A DNA stretch of 64,000 nt. It comes from a virus. The stretch is taken from positions 64,001 to 128,000 of IMG/VR virus record IMGVR_UViG_3300037294_000405; one strand, 5' to 3'. The notes under the pieces were generated by a model that saw only the letters and a list, made by a program, of their open reading frames with translations, ran no database searches and had not been told where the DNA came from. This document shows positions 30,266 through 41,455 of the stretch, piece after piece; the stretch's first letter is position 1; each line of letters begins with the position of its first letter. The translations under genes were made by a program, and so were the position numbers.

Positions 30266-32083
30266 ATGGCAAATCAAGGAATAAATTATACAGCAAGAAA
30301 TTTTGCTGATATACGTGCAGAATTAGTCGATATGGTAAGACAATATTACCCAGACATATTTAATGATTTTAATGACGCTAGTGTTGGTATGATGCTTCTA
30401 GAATTAAATGCGGCTGTAGGTGATATGTTATCAGTTAATACTGATAGAATGTTTCAAGAAACACAAATAGATTACGCAAAAGAAAGAAAATCAGTTTTAT
30501 CTATGGCTAGAACTTTTGGTTTAAAAATTCCAGGAAAAAGACCTAGTGTTACTATTGTTGATTTTAGTATAACATTACCTGTATTAGGTGACACCTTTGA
30601 TGTTTCTTATGCACCAATTATTACAACTGGTACCCAAGTTTCTGGTGGTGGTAAAATTTTTGAAACAACAAATGACATAGATTTCTCAAATCCATTCACT
30701 ATAGGTGGAGTACCAAATAGATTAATTTTACCAAATTTTGATTCTAATGGTATATTGCTTAACTATACTTTAGTGAAAAGGGAAATTGTTACAAACGGAT
30801 ATTCAAAAATTTATAAAAGAGTTATCACACAATCTGATGTTAGACCATTTTTAGAAGTTATATTACCAGAAGATAACGTAATAAGTATTGAATCTATTAT
30901 AATGCTTCCTGGTACTAATTTTGTTGGTACACCTAATATTTCTGATTTTGCAAATATAGAAAATAAATGGTTTGAGATGGGTGCTTTAGCTGAAGACAAA
31001 GTGTTTATTTCTGATAATTCAAGAACAACAGATAATGCTGGTGTAAGACCAGGAAAATGGATAACCACTAATAAAAAATTTATTAGCGAATACACTGATT
31101 TAGGTTTTACTAAAATTATATTTGGTGCTGGTACCCAAGACACTAGTAGTTTATGTGATTTTGATACTAATAAAGAATTAGTAAATCAAATTGGTGATTT
31201 TATAAATAATTTATCTTTAGGTATTGTACCAAATGCAAATACTACGATGTTTATAAGATATAGATTAGGTGGTGGTGCTGATAGTAATATAGGTCCAAAT
31301 GTTTTAAAATCTCTTGGTCTTTTAAATCTAACAATCAATGGACCAAACGAATCAATAAATCAAGCGGTTAGAAGTTCATTAAAAGTAAATAATTTGTTTC
31401 CAGCGTTAGGTGGTAAAGACGTTCCTAGTGTTGAAGAAATTAGGAATATGGTTAAATATAATTTTTCATCACAAAACAGAGCAGTAACTATTAAAGATTA
31501 TCAAACTAGAATTGCTCAAATGCCTGGAAATTTTGGGATACCTTTTAGATGTGGGGTAACTGAGGAACAAAATAAAGTTAAAATTTATGTTTTAGGTTTA
31601 GATTCAGCTGGTAAATTATCAAATAATTCAACTAGTGCTTTAAGAGAAAACATAACAACTTATTTGGCTGATTATAGGATGTTAAATGATTATGTTCAAG
31701 TAGGTAATGGTAGAATAATTAATTTATCTTTTGAGGTGGATTTGTTTATTGATAAAAAAATGCCACAATCACAAATCATTAGTCAAGTAATTACTGAGGT
31801 TAAAAACTATATGGATATTAGTAAATACCAAATGGGTGATAATATTTACATGTCACCATTAGTAGAGGTTATTAATAATGTTGGAGGCGTTATGAACGTT
31901 TTAGATGTTAGAGTTTTTAATAAAGTTAATGGTAACTATAGTTTAAATGAAATATCACAAGAATATTTTGATGTAACAACTAGACAAATTGATTTAGGTG
32001 AAAACTATACTTTATTCGGAGAGTCAAATAGTATGTTCGAAGTTAAAGTGCCAACGTTCGATATTGTTGTTAGAGTTAAATAA
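30266..32083 (+). CDS. Baseplate wedge protein, gp6/J-like
   Basis: YTARNFADIR, FNDASVG, IIFG.G, GG.D..S.EEIR, QNRAVTIKDY. Confidence 0.88.
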   Translation: MANQGINYTARNFADIRAELVDMVRQYYPDIFNDFNDASVGMMLLELNAAVGDMLSVNTDRMFQETQIDYAKERKSVLSMARTFGLKIPGKRPSVTIVDFSITLPVLGDTFDVSYAPIITTGTQVSGGGKIFETTNDIDFSNPFTIGGVPNRLILPNFDSNGILLNYTLVKREIVTNGYSKIYKRVITQSDVRPFLEVILPEDNVISIESIIMLPGTNFVGTPNISDFANIENKWFEMGALAEDKVFISDNSRTTDNAGVRPGKWITTNKKFISEYTDLGFTKIIFGAGTQDTSSLCDFDTNKELVNQIGDFINNLSLGIVPNANTTMFIRYRLGGGADSNIGPNVLKSLGLLNLTINGPNESINQAVRSSLKVNNLFPALGGKDVPSVEEIRNMVKYNFSSQNRAVTIKDYQTRIAQMPGNFGIPFRCGVTEEQNKVKIYVLGLDSAGKLSNNSTSALRENITTYLADYRMLNDYVQVGNGRIINLSFEVDLFIDKKMPQSQIISQVITEVKNYMDISKYQMGDNIYMSPLVEVINNVGGVMNVLDVRVFNKVNGNYSLNEISQEYFDVTTRQIDLGENYTLFGESNSMFEVKVPTFDIVVRVK

Positions 32084-32111
32084 TAGGGTTTCCTTATTAG
32101 TGTGTTATAAC

Positions 32112-32119
32112 TATATTTG
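32112..32119 (+). promoter_or_regulatory. Possible Bacteroidota -7 element
   Basis: TATATTTG 26 nt before ATG 32146; no clear -33 TTG. Confidence 0.45.
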
Positions 32120-32145
32120 TTAATAACAAAATAAAAACAAATAAA

Positions 32146-32496
32146 ATGGGATGTAATTGTAAAAATACCGATGGGGCTAAAGAGTATAATGTATTAACAC
32201 AAAATGAAGGTGTAACTGCAACGATAATAAAATACCTAGCAAAAACCCTAGGTTTTTTAGTTGGTATGTTATTATTACCAATTATAATGTTAGCAATAGT
32301 GTGGTTTATGTTCGATACAATCGTATTGAATAAAGATATTGATTTAAGACGTGTAATTAATAGATTTGTGAAAGCAAATAAATTTTTCACAAAAGACGAT
32401 AACGATGAATATGATGATGATGATGATGACGATGAATTAACTGAAGAAGATGTAATCATGCTTAACGTAGAAGATATAACAAATAAAAGCAAATAA
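32146..32496 (+). CDS. Small membrane protein with N-terminal CxC and poly-Asp tail
   Basis: MGCNCK; long hydrophobic helix LGFLVGMLLLPIIMLAIVWFMF; DDDDDDDE. Confidence 0.7.
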   Translation: MGCNCKNTDGAKEYNVLTQNEGVTATIIKYLAKTLGFLVGMLLLPIIMLAIVWFMFDTIVLNKDIDLRRVINRFVKANKFFTKDDNDEYDDDDDDDELTEEDVIMLNVEDITNKSK

Positions 32497-32503
32497 TTAA
32501 AAT

Positions 32504-35500
32504 ATGCCTAACAACACTGTTAGAATTAGGACTACACCTAATGGTACCGATAAATATTTAAAAGTAAAACTAGACCAAGAGTTTGACTTTATTGAGGTTC
32601 TTTCTCTAAAGATTTCCCAAGAAGAAGCGTATAGAAATTTTTGTTCTGATTACGGTGTGATTACTGGTAGAGTAATAATTAACAGTGGTTTTGGTGTCCC
32701 AAATGCTAGGGTTAGCGTTTTCATACCTATTGATGGTATTGATATAAATGACCCAAATATTAAAGGGTTATATCCTTATGAGATTATCACGGATAAAGAT
32801 AGTGATGGTATTAGGTATAATGTACTACCTAGAACTTCTGAAACAGATAATAATTGTTTTACACCAATTGGTACATTTCCAAATAAAAGAGAAGTATTAG
32901 ATAATCCAGAAATGTTGGGTGTTTATTGTAAATATTATAAATTTACAACAACAACAAATCATGCTGGTGATTTTATGGTTTTTGGAGTACCAGTTGGTAC
33001 ATATACTCTACATGTTGATGCAGATATTTCCGACATAGGTATTGCGTCTCAAAGACCTTACGATAGCATTAGTCAAGGAACACCGTTGAAATTTTTCGAT
33101 TCACCAACAAAATTTAAGGGTGATACTAATTTGGATAAATTAATCCAAGTAAAATCATCTAATATTGGCGTAAATGTACAACCTTTTTGGGGTGATATTG
33201 ATGCGTGTGAAATTGGCATAACTAGGGTGGATATTGATTTAAACTACTCAATAAACCCATCTGCAATATTTATGGGTAGTGTATTTGGTGACCAAGATAA
33301 AAATAGCGTTAATAAAAATTGTCAACCTAGAAAAGATTTAGGTAACCTTTGCGAACAAGTTGCAAATGAAGGCACTATTGAAATGATTAGAGAAACACTT
33401 GATGGTACTATTGAAAGTTTTGATGTTGAGGGTGGAAGAGTTATTGACGAAAACGGTGCTTGGGCTTATCAAATTCCAATGAATTTAGATTATATGGTTA
33501 CTGATGAATTTGGTGCTTTGATATTATCTGATGACCCAAATAAAGGTATACCAACTAGAGCTAGTGTTCGATTTAAAATTGGTATGGACCAAACAGGTGG
33601 TGAAGGTAGACTTAGAACTAGAGCTAAATACTTAGTTCCAAACAACCCAAATAATCAAAACGAAATTGATTATGAATTTGGTGAAAAAACTAAAAAAAGT
33701 AGTTTTAGGGATTTATATTGGAATAAAATTTATTCAGTGAGTAATTTCATTTCTAGATTCCAACAGATAACACCATTTAATTCTGGTGGTTCACGCACTA
33801 GAAACATGATGGGTATTAAAGATGTTGATGCCTGTGCTGGTGATAAAACACCGTTTCCTTTTAATAGGGTAGGGAGTCAAACATCACCTATTTTTTTTAT
33901 TATTTGTTTGATTATTAAAATCATAGGTTTTTTGATTTATGTAATGAATGCACTTATTATACCTTTAATTAATTTGGTTTTAAAAGTTGTAAATCTTTTA
34001 ATTAAAGCATGGAATTCTTTGATGAAACCTTTATGTGAAGCTAGTAAAAAAACAATATTAGGTGTTAAAATTTTTGGTTTTTTAGGTTTTACTTGTAAAT
34101 TAATTATTGACCCAATTAAATACATACCTTGTATTTTTATTAAATGCCCAACAGATGATAATCCATCTACTTTTGCCCCTGGGTGTAAAAAAGGTGGTTT
34201 AGACGGTGGTGAGGCTTTTGATTCTTTAGTTGACCAAGGTAACACACCAAAATACTATGATGGTGATAGTTTTGGTCATGGCGGTTTTGGTGATTTATGT
34301 GGTTTGGATGATTGTATAGCTTTTCAAATGGCGCAAAAATTAAACCTTTTTGAGTTTGATTTTTATAATGATTGGATAAATGGTTCATTATATACTTTTT
34401 TATTAAAATACAAAATTAGACGTAAAAACTCAGAAAAATTCTGCGAATATGATTGCGGTGATTTTAAAAACTCTACAGATAGTACAACTGTTGATGGAAA
34501 CAAAAATGGTGTACCAGATAATGATTGTAGGACTAGTCATTTATTAGATACGTGTTTTAAAGGTGATAGCGAGGACCAACAATATTCAAGTAGAAATGTT
34601 TTACTTAGAGAAGGTTTAATCAAAAAGAAAAACGATGAGTTCTTTTATGCTGCATCAACACATAACGCTAGTTTTAAGTTATTCGCTACAGATATTATTA
34701 ATTTAGGTGCGGTGTTTAATTGCGACTGGCAAGGCGTACCAAAAGTGCAAGAATATTTAATACCTACAACATATAAAATAGCACCAGCTATTCAAGAAAT
34801 TGCAGCGGATAACACAACAGTGTTAACTACTGGGCAATGTGATATTGATGGAAACACACTTGGTTTGTTTTTTAGTATAAATTGTTTAGGGTTACATGTA
34901 AATACTAGGCAATGTATGAACCTTAGACATTTATGTGAGTTTGGTGTTGAAATTGACGAATATAGGGGTGTTGGTAATGAAACAGATGGTGTGATTGGGT
35001 TAAGGGACTTAGATGCTGACGATGCTGACAGACCAAAATGGTTTAGAGATGTTTTCTTAGGGTTAAATTCAACAGTTAATTCATGGAATTTACAATTACC
35101 TTATACCAGTAATTTTAATTTAGGTGATGCTGGTATATATGATTTTACTAGTCCAGTTCAAAATGGACAGGATTATGTTAATTTTAGAAATTATTCGATG
35201 GGTAACGGGTCTGTTGGTGAAAATAGTTTTGGTCAACCAAAACACTCATATTATTTTTACTTTGGGATACTTCCTGGGAAAAGTGGGTTAGATGTTATGA
35301 ACCAAAGATTTTTTACCGCTTGCGCAACAAAAACTGATTTGGAATTTGTGATTCAAACGTCTACAACACCAACTACAACTAATACCACAACAAACGGTAC
35401 GGTAACATTCACCTTTATAGGCGGTGATGCACCATTTACCGCTACAACTAGTGGGCCTAATGGTTATACTAACGTAACAATCGTTGGTCAAAATAACACA

Positions 35501-36817
35501 CAACCAACTGGAACTTTAACTAACCTACCAATTGGTATTTATACAATAACTGGTAACGATAACTTTGGTTCGCCCGTAACGCAAACATTTATAATTTCTG
35601 GACCACCACCATTATCGGTTGATGCTTTAGTTAGTCAAGACTGCACAACAGCCGCTGCTTCTAATGGTGAAATAACAATCTCGTCAATTATTGGTGGTGT
35701 TGGTAGTGTTTATACTTATACTCTTTATAATAGTAATGGTGGTGTTGCTAGTGGTCCGCTTAATATCACTTCTGTACCACATGTTATACAAGGTCTGGCT
35801 GTGGACACTAGTTTAAACACAACTTTTCCTTTATTTACTGGGCATGGTTATACAATGACGGTAACCGATGGTTTTGAAACGGTGTATTTAGTTAATTTAG
35901 TTTTAAATGGTGCAACACCAATTACTATAACACCTACTGTTACACAAATATTATGTTATGGTCAAAATACGGGTATTATAGATATAGATATTAATGGTGG
36001 TACACCAACATATTCAGTGAATACAACATCACCTAACGGTTACGTTGGTGGAGGTTTAAATTTGACTAATTTATCTGCTGACACATACACTACAGAAGTG
36101 GTTGACGCTATGGGTACGCAATCTTTTTCGACTAATGTATTAACGTATTTGAATCCATTTATGGAAATAGAACCAGCTTCACAACAAGTTTTAGAAAAAC
36201 AGTGTGACCCAAATAATTACCATATTAAGTTATTTGTTACCAGCCCTTATACTGCTGGTTCAAGTGTTTATTTAGATTATGCTAAAGATTCAGAAGAAGA
36301 CCCATCTGGAAACCCTATTTGGTACCCATTAGTTTTAAATAATTATATTAATTCTACAACACCATTTGAAATTGTTTTACCTAGTACTACTATTACCCAG
36401 TCGATTATTTTTAGAATGACTAATGCTGCTAAAACATGTTTTAGTGAAGAAATAGAAATATTGTTAAACGAAATTAAACTACCACCAAACTTGTTAAGTA
36501 TTAACACTACAGGTGTTAACACACCTATACAATTAATAGGGGCAAATTTAGTTAAGTTTAAGTTTAATGTTAGTCATTTATTGTTAGGGCAAACAATAAG
36601 AGCACCTTATACTGTAAGTTATTCAGTTAAAGGGATTAATTCACTAGGTATGTTGGTTATAAACCCATCAACATTACCAGTAATAAATACAAATCAGCAA
36701 GAAATAATTGGAAACGTACCACAACCATTTGGCCAACCAGCAACAACAGTGATTGTTACGATAAGTATAACCGACAATGTAGGTTGCGTTTCAAATACTA
36801 TTAATATTTCTACATAA
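32504..36817 (+). CDS. Large virion/baseplate protein with hydrophobic segment and SprB-like repeats
   Basis: 1437 aa; N-terminal beta-sandwich motif (GVPNARVSVF...GVPVGTYTLHVD); hydrophobic stretch near 33890-34100; repeats such as CYGQNTGII...GGTPTY...LTNLSADTY..EVVDAMG. Confidence 0.6.
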   Translation: MPNNTVRIRTTPNGTDKYLKVKLDQEFDFIEVLSLKISQEEAYRNFCSDYGVITGRVIINSGFGVPNARVSVFIPIDGIDINDPNIKGLYPYEIITDKDSDGIRYNVLPRTSETDNNCFTPIGTFPNKREVLDNPEMLGVYCKYYKFTTTTNHAGDFMVFGVPVGTYTLHVDADISDIGIASQRPYDSISQGTPLKFFDSPTKFKGDTNLDKLIQVKSSNIGVNVQPFWGDIDACEIGITRVDIDLNYSINPSAIFMGSVFGDQDKNSVNKNCQPRKDLGNLCEQVANEGTIEMIRETLDGTIESFDVEGGRVIDENGAWAYQIPMNLDYMVTDEFGALILSDDPNKGIPTRASVRFKIGMDQTGGEGRLRTRAKYLVPNNPNNQNEIDYEFGEKTKKSSFRDLYWNKIYSVSNFISRFQQITPFNSGGSRTRNMMGIKDVDACAGDKTPFPFNRVGSQTSPIFFIICLIIKIIGFLIYVMNALIIPLINLVLKVVNLLIKAWNSLMKPLCEASKKTILGVKIFGFLGFTCKLIIDPIKYIPCIFIKCPTDDNPSTFAPGCKKGGLDGGEAFDSLVDQGNTPKYYDGDSFGHGGFGDLCGLDDCIAFQMAQKLNLFEFDFYNDWINGSLYTFLLKYKIRRKNSEKFCEYDCGDFKNSTDSTTVDGNKNGVPDNDCRTSHLLDTCFKGDSEDQQYSSRNVLLREGLIKKKNDEFFYAASTHNASFKLFATDIINLGAVFNCDWQGVPKVQEYLIPTTYKIAPAIQEIAADNTTVLTTGQCDIDGNTLGLFFSINCLGLHVNTRQCMNLRHLCEFGVEIDEYRGVGNETDGVIGLRDLDADDADRPKWFRDVFLGLNSTVNSWNLQLPYTSNFNLGDAGIYDFTSPVQNGQDYVNFRNYSMGNGSVGENSFGQPKHSYYFYFGILPGKSGLDVMNQRFFTACATKTDLEFVIQTSTTPTTTNTTTNGTVTFTFIGGDAPFTATTSGPNGYTNVTIVGQNNTQPTGTLTNLPIGIYTITGNDNFGSPVTQTFIISGPPPLSVDALVSQDCTTAAASNGEITISSIIGGVGSVYTYTLYNSNGGVASGPLNITSVPHVIQGLAVDTSLNTTFPLFTGHGYTMTVTDGFETVYLVNLVLNGATPITITPTVTQILCYGQNTGIIDIDINGGTPTYSVNTTSPNGYVGGGLNLTNLSADTYTTEVVDAMGTQSFSTNVLTYLNPFMEIEPASQQVLEKQCDPNNYHIKLFVTSPYTAGSSVYLDYAKDSEEDPSGNPIWYPLVLNNYINSTTPFEIVLPSTTITQSIIFRMTNAAKTCFSEEIEILLNEIKLPPNLLSINTTGVNTPIQLIGANLVKFKFNVSHLLLGQTIRAPYTVSYSVKGINSLGMLVINPSTLPVINTNQQEIIGNVPQPFGQPATTVIVTISITDNVGCVSNTINIST

Positions 36818-36842
36818 TGAAGATAAAAAATATAAATAAATA

Positions 36843-38654
36843 ATGGGTACTGATAGAATAATAAAAAGACTTGGCGTTGAAAAATCTAAATTAGCTACAA
36901 ATACTGACGCTTTTTTAAAAATTAGTATTGAAGGTAATGAAAGGTTATTACCCACCAATGAAATTGATAGAATAGTCAATATTGCTGATAGGTTTAATGT
37001 CGAAAGACAACGAAGTAAATATTATCGATTAATCGGTACAATAAACCCTTTAATTAGTAATCCTTTATTTAATTTGAATGACCCATTATTATTAGATAAA
37101 AATACATTGGCTGGGTTTAATAATTTAGATTTTTTAGATTGGTCGTACCCAAAAGACGGTGATGTTAATGATGATGGTGATTTTACATATGCTAAATCGA
37201 TTAAGTATTATTTAAAAGAAAGAGATGGTTGGTTTGGTTATTTTGACCCAGACATTACAAAATCAAGTTTATGTGGTTATTATGATATGGAACCAAAAAG
37301 AGAACGTTTTTCTTTTTTACCAGATATCTCACCATACCATTCTCCCTCTAGTCAACCAGTTAAAAATTGGGAGTTAGTGGTAACCTACCCAAAGTTAAGT
37401 GATAAAACACATAAATTGGTTAATGGTGGTTTATTGATAGTCGAAACGCAAACAACAGTAGTTTCAACTAGAGCAATGACAGCTATTGGTATGCCTTGTT
37501 TACATAACCTATCGATTGGTGATACGGTTAGGATAAGTGGGACTAATGGTTATAATGGTGACCACGAAGTGGTTACTTTAGGTTTAAGTAACGGTGATTA
37601 CAAAGATTATTATTTTGTGATTGATGTTCCAAATACTGGGACGATAAATAACCTATCTAGAATTAAAAAACTAGTAAATGGTGTTGAGTCAGAATATTAT
37701 TTTAGAAAATTTAGAAAAATTAAAACTAGAGCTACAGCTGTTATTGAAACTGATGATTATGAAACATACCAAGTTGGGTTCAGTGAAAACTTTTTTAACG
37801 ACCAAATAACTCAATATGTTTTTAATGAAGATATTGATGTTAGTGATTTAACAGATAATTTAGGTAGACCACTTAGTGAAATTTATTTGACAATAATTAA
37901 AACTGACAGTAATAATTTATTTGGTAAGGTCTCTTCTGGTATTGAAACACCTTTTATTAATCGTTTAAACACTAGTAATATAAACCCTTATTTGTTAGAT
38001 ATTCCAGCGATTAATAAAATACACAACGGTGCCCCATTGCCTTTTCAATCACATACACCATTAGAAAACAACGTTAAAATTACTGACAACAATGGATTAC
38101 CAAGTAATATTGATTATTATGGTGATTTAGTTGAATACAATATTGAAACATTAAATGAAATAATTTTAGCAACTGTTTCTCATAGATTTAACACAATAAG
38201 CAGAGAAACACCAGCAACGATTAATTATGTTTTATCAACACCAACAGACGTTAATGGTCAACCAACATATGCTCAGACCAATTTGGGGCCTAGACAAGAA
38301 GGGTACCATTATCAAGCACATCACCAAATTAAAATTAGAGAATTTTCTAACTACGTTGAAGAAGGTGATGAATTTACTGAAGGTATGCCAGATTACGTTG
38401 TAAATATGGGTGATGGTAGGTATTTATGGAGAGACTTATTAGATATTGGTTTCAATCAAACAGATGAAAGACCATTGAACTACCCATTTTTAAATGGTAG
38501 TCATTATATGTACCAAAATCATTGTTTTTATTTAAGAAGACAAGACCAATTTTCTTTATGGAACCTCTACTATAGTAAGTTCCCAGCTGACCCAGTTGGT
38601 GAAAGAATAACAGATAATTTTACAGTAAATACAGCCAATCCAGATGTTTGTTAA
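36843..38654 (+). CDS. Putative baseplate/tail structural protein
   Basis: 603 aa ORF inside structural operon. Confidence 0.6.
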   Translation: MGTDRIIKRLGVEKSKLATNTDAFLKISIEGNERLLPTNEIDRIVNIADRFNVERQRSKYYRLIGTINPLISNPLFNLNDPLLLDKNTLAGFNNLDFLDWSYPKDGDVNDDGDFTYAKSIKYYLKERDGWFGYFDPDITKSSLCGYYDMEPKRERFSFLPDISPYHSPSSQPVKNWELVVTYPKLSDKTHKLVNGGLLIVETQTTVVSTRAMTAIGMPCLHNLSIGDTVRISGTNGYNGDHEVVTLGLSNGDYKDYYFVIDVPNTGTINNLSRIKKLVNGVESEYYFRKFRKIKTRATAVIETDDYETYQVGFSENFFNDQITQYVFNEDIDVSDLTDNLGRPLSEIYLTIIKTDSNNLFGKVSSGIETPFINRLNTSNINPYLLDIPAINKIHNGAPLPFQSHTPLENNVKITDNNGLPSNIDYYGDLVEYNIETLNEIILATVSHRFNTISRETPATINYVLSTPTDVNGQPTYAQTNLGPRQEGYHYQAHHQIKIREFSNYVEEGDEFTEGMPDYVVNMGDGRYLWRDLLDIGFNQTDERPLNYPFLNGSHYMYQNHCFYLRRQDQFSLWNLYYSKFPADPVGERITDNFTVNTANPDVC

Positions 38655-39498
38655 TAAATTTAAAATAAACCTATCAACACTAGCTAGTGGTTCAACAGCT
38701 ACCACTATTAATTTCCCTATTGATATGGAATACCAAATTGTGGATAATACCGAACTTATTGAAGAAGTTTTTGTTAAAACTGAAATAGAAAATTCAATTA
38801 ACCCAATATTAGATTATGATAGAATTAGGTTTTTACCTTTAGATTTACAAAATAATCAAATAAATAAAATAATTTATGATGTTAAGTTGTTCGGAACAGC
38901 AAATAACTATGTTGATTATTATGGTCTTATTGGTTTTAATAATAATGATATAAAATTTAGGAAAAATAGTTTTAAAGAAACATTTTTAAATCTATCTTTT
39001 TATGATAATGATAACCCATTAACACAAAAACTAGTAACTTTTTTAACTCTTTATGCTAATTTGAATAAAACTGATTATTTACCTATTTCGACAACAAATG
39101 GTGTGCCTGGACAACCAGTTGATGTTTCACAAATTCCAGTTAATTTTGTGGTAGAAAACCCATTAATTAACCCTAGAGGTTTTGCTGAAGGATTTCATTT
39201 ATATGATTACAAAGATAGCTTAGATATCGGTGAATCAAAACATATTTATATGAGAGCTAGTTTTAAAAACGCAAAGACTGGTAAATCGGTAAACCTTATG
39301 GTTAAAAATATCGCACAACCAATCGATAAATTAGTTCATGAATTATATACAAGATATAGAATGACTAGAACATCTACGGGTTATTATTATGAAATAGATA
39401 ATGTATACCATGGTAATACAGGTACTAGTAGGGCTAATAACGTAACTTATAATGGTAATACTTGTAAAGTTACATTGTATGAAATAAAAGCAACATAA
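38644..39498 (+). CDS. Putative structural protein
   Basis: 284 aa ORF, overlaps both neighbours. Confidence 0.6.
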   Translation: MFVNKFKINLSTLASGSTATTINFPIDMEYQIVDNTELIEEVFVKTEIENSINPILDYDRIRFLPLDLQNNQINKIIYDVKLFGTANNYVDYYGLIGFNNNDIKFRKNSFKETFLNLSFYDNDNPLTQKLVTFLTLYANLNKTDYLPISTTNGVPGQPVDVSQIPVNFVVENPLINPRGFAEGFHLYDYKDSLDIGESKHIYMRASFKNAKTGKSVNLMVKNIAQPIDKLVHELYTRYRMTRTSTGYYYEIDNVYHGNTGTSRANNVTYNGNTCKVTLYEIKAT

Positions 39499-40370
39499 TG
39501 GAAATAATTAAAAGAAAAATATTGTTAGAGGATAGTATTGATAGAGGTAATGGTAGCGATAAATGGGGTACTATTACAGCATCTACTTTTTATTTGAATA
39601 TTTTATTAACTCAAAATATTGATGATATGGGGTTATTTACTGATTCAGAATTTATCTCACAAGACAAGGAAAATACATCTGTTGATTATGGTGTTTTAAT
39701 TTCTAAATTAAACACGTTAGGTTATTCTTTTCCTTTTATGCTTGGAGCTGTACCTCAAACATTAACAAATTTGTATGGTACCGATAAATTAACTGTTAGG
39801 TTACCAAATTCAAATGAATCGGATTATTATATTTTTGGTAATTTACCAATTACTGGTAAAACCGATAGTAAAATTGAAGACGTAAAATCTTACAAAAGTA
39901 ACGACCAATTTAGGATTAATTTTAACACAGCGACAGAAACTTATGAAAACTACAATGGTTTAACGGTTATGGGTGTTGATAGAATAAAATCAATGGGTGA
40001 ACCTAAGATTTATGTTTTTGATACTGAAAACGATGTTAATTTAGGTACTATAAATCAAACAACAGGTATTCAATACATGGATTATAGCGGTAATACTGAA
40101 ATAAATATTAATGGTGTTTTAGAATTTATACCTTTAAATACTTTTAGGTTTATAGGTGAAGGTTGGAATAAAACAAATGTTTCTTTATCTGCATTAACCA
40201 AAGAAGAATATTTATTTGGTATTATTTCTCCACCAGAAGTACAAAGTGATGTATTTATAGATAGAGGTTCAACCAGTGTGTTGGATATGCATTTAAAATT
40301 ATCTGAAATAGGTAATATTTCAGAGTTAACTAGATACGGAAACGGTTATTATAAATTAAATAAACAATAA
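39498..40370 (+). CDS. Putative structural protein
   Basis: 290 aa ORF, TAATG coupling to upstream gene. Confidence 0.6.
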   Translation: MEIIKRKILLEDSIDRGNGSDKWGTITASTFYLNILLTQNIDDMGLFTDSEFISQDKENTSVDYGVLISKLNTLGYSFPFMLGAVPQTLTNLYGTDKLTVRLPNSNESDYYIFGNLPITGKTDSKIEDVKSYKSNDQFRINFNTATETYENYNGLTVMGVDRIKSMGEPKIYVFDTENDVNLGTINQTTGIQYMDYSGNTEININGVLEFIPLNTFRFIGEGWNKTNVSLSALTKEEYLFGIISPPEVQSDVFIDRGSTSVLDMHLKLSEIGNISELTRYGNGYYKLNKQ

Positions 40371-40508
40371 AAATATACTTTTAAAAAAAAATGTTATATT
40401 AAATAAAAACAAAACAATACGAAAAAATAAATTGGGTTAATAAAATGTAAACCAGTTAAAATTTTAGTAGTTGATAAAAATAACAAAATTATTAATAAAC
40501 AAATATAA

Positions 40509-41447
40509 ATGTATTTTGCAACAGGAACATATGGAGTAGTTAGACCAGCAGATATATCACCAGAAGACGTAGAGATATTTTATCATTTTACACCATCTAG
40601 AGATACAATCGGTGATGAAAAATTAAATAAATTAGACCCATCAGAGGTTTTAATAAAAATAGATAATCCAAACAAAGGGCAATCAAATGTAACTGGTTTT
40701 GAGGTTTTTGGTGGTATGTATACACTTAAATTACCTGTAGCCACATTCGGTGTTAAAGGATTTTACACTATAATTATAAAACCAATTGAAATAAGAACAT
40801 CAATAGTTGATGTTGGTGTTTTATCAGCTTATCCAGATATCAAAGGTTTGGTATTTGATATGTCAAACATCCCAGCAAATTTTTTAAATAGATTTGAAAA
40901 TAACGGTTTGGTTGGTTATAGGGTTGAATATTTAAACACTGATGGTTCAGCTAATTCGGTTACTGACGCTAAGATAAATAATTTTTTTAGAGTTATCACT
41001 TCAAATAATAGAGCTGAACCAGTTAATCAAAACCTTACTAATTCCAACCAAAAAGCTATTAGATATAGGTTTAATGACAATTCAACACTTACTTTTTGTA
41101 CTGTATCACCAGCTTCAGCCTCCAATGTAAAACCAAATGCGTTACCTTTTATCGGGCAACCAAACCAAAAAGTTATTATAACAAATACTTACTTTAACCC
41201 AGTTATGCTTGAAGTTGAGATGGTAGAACATGACATAGAAACAATCGCATTTGCGTTATTTGGTAATCAAAGCAAAAGTCTTGATGATGGGATTTATACT
41301 ATATACAATTTCAATAACGATATTTACAAACAATACAACTTATATGAAATAAAAGATAAGTTTACTGGTAAACCATTATTTGAAGTTAGAGAGGAACGTG
41401 CTAGTATAGATTTTAACAAAACATTTAATAATATAACAACAATCTAA
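40509..41447 (+). CDS. Putative structural protein
   Basis: 312 aa beta-rich ORF in the baseplate cluster. Confidence 0.6.
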   Translation: MYFATGTYGVVRPADISPEDVEIFYHFTPSRDTIGDEKLNKLDPSEVLIKIDNPNKGQSNVTGFEVFGGMYTLKLPVATFGVKGFYTIIIKPIEIRTSIVDVGVLSAYPDIKGLVFDMSNIPANFLNRFENNGLVGYRVEYLNTDGSANSVTDAKINNFFRVITSNNRAEPVNQNLTNSNQKAIRYRFNDNSTLTFCTVSPASASNVKPNALPFIGQPNQKVIITNTYFNPVMLEVEMVEHDIETIAFALFGNQSKSLDDGIYTIYNFNNDIYKQYNLYEIKDKFTGKPLFEVREERASIDFNKTFNNITTI

Positions 41448-41455
41448 CATAAAAA

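Noticed and set aside
32395-32435. GAT trinucleotide run
   Set aside because: Simply encodes the poly-Asp tail of ORF 32146..32496
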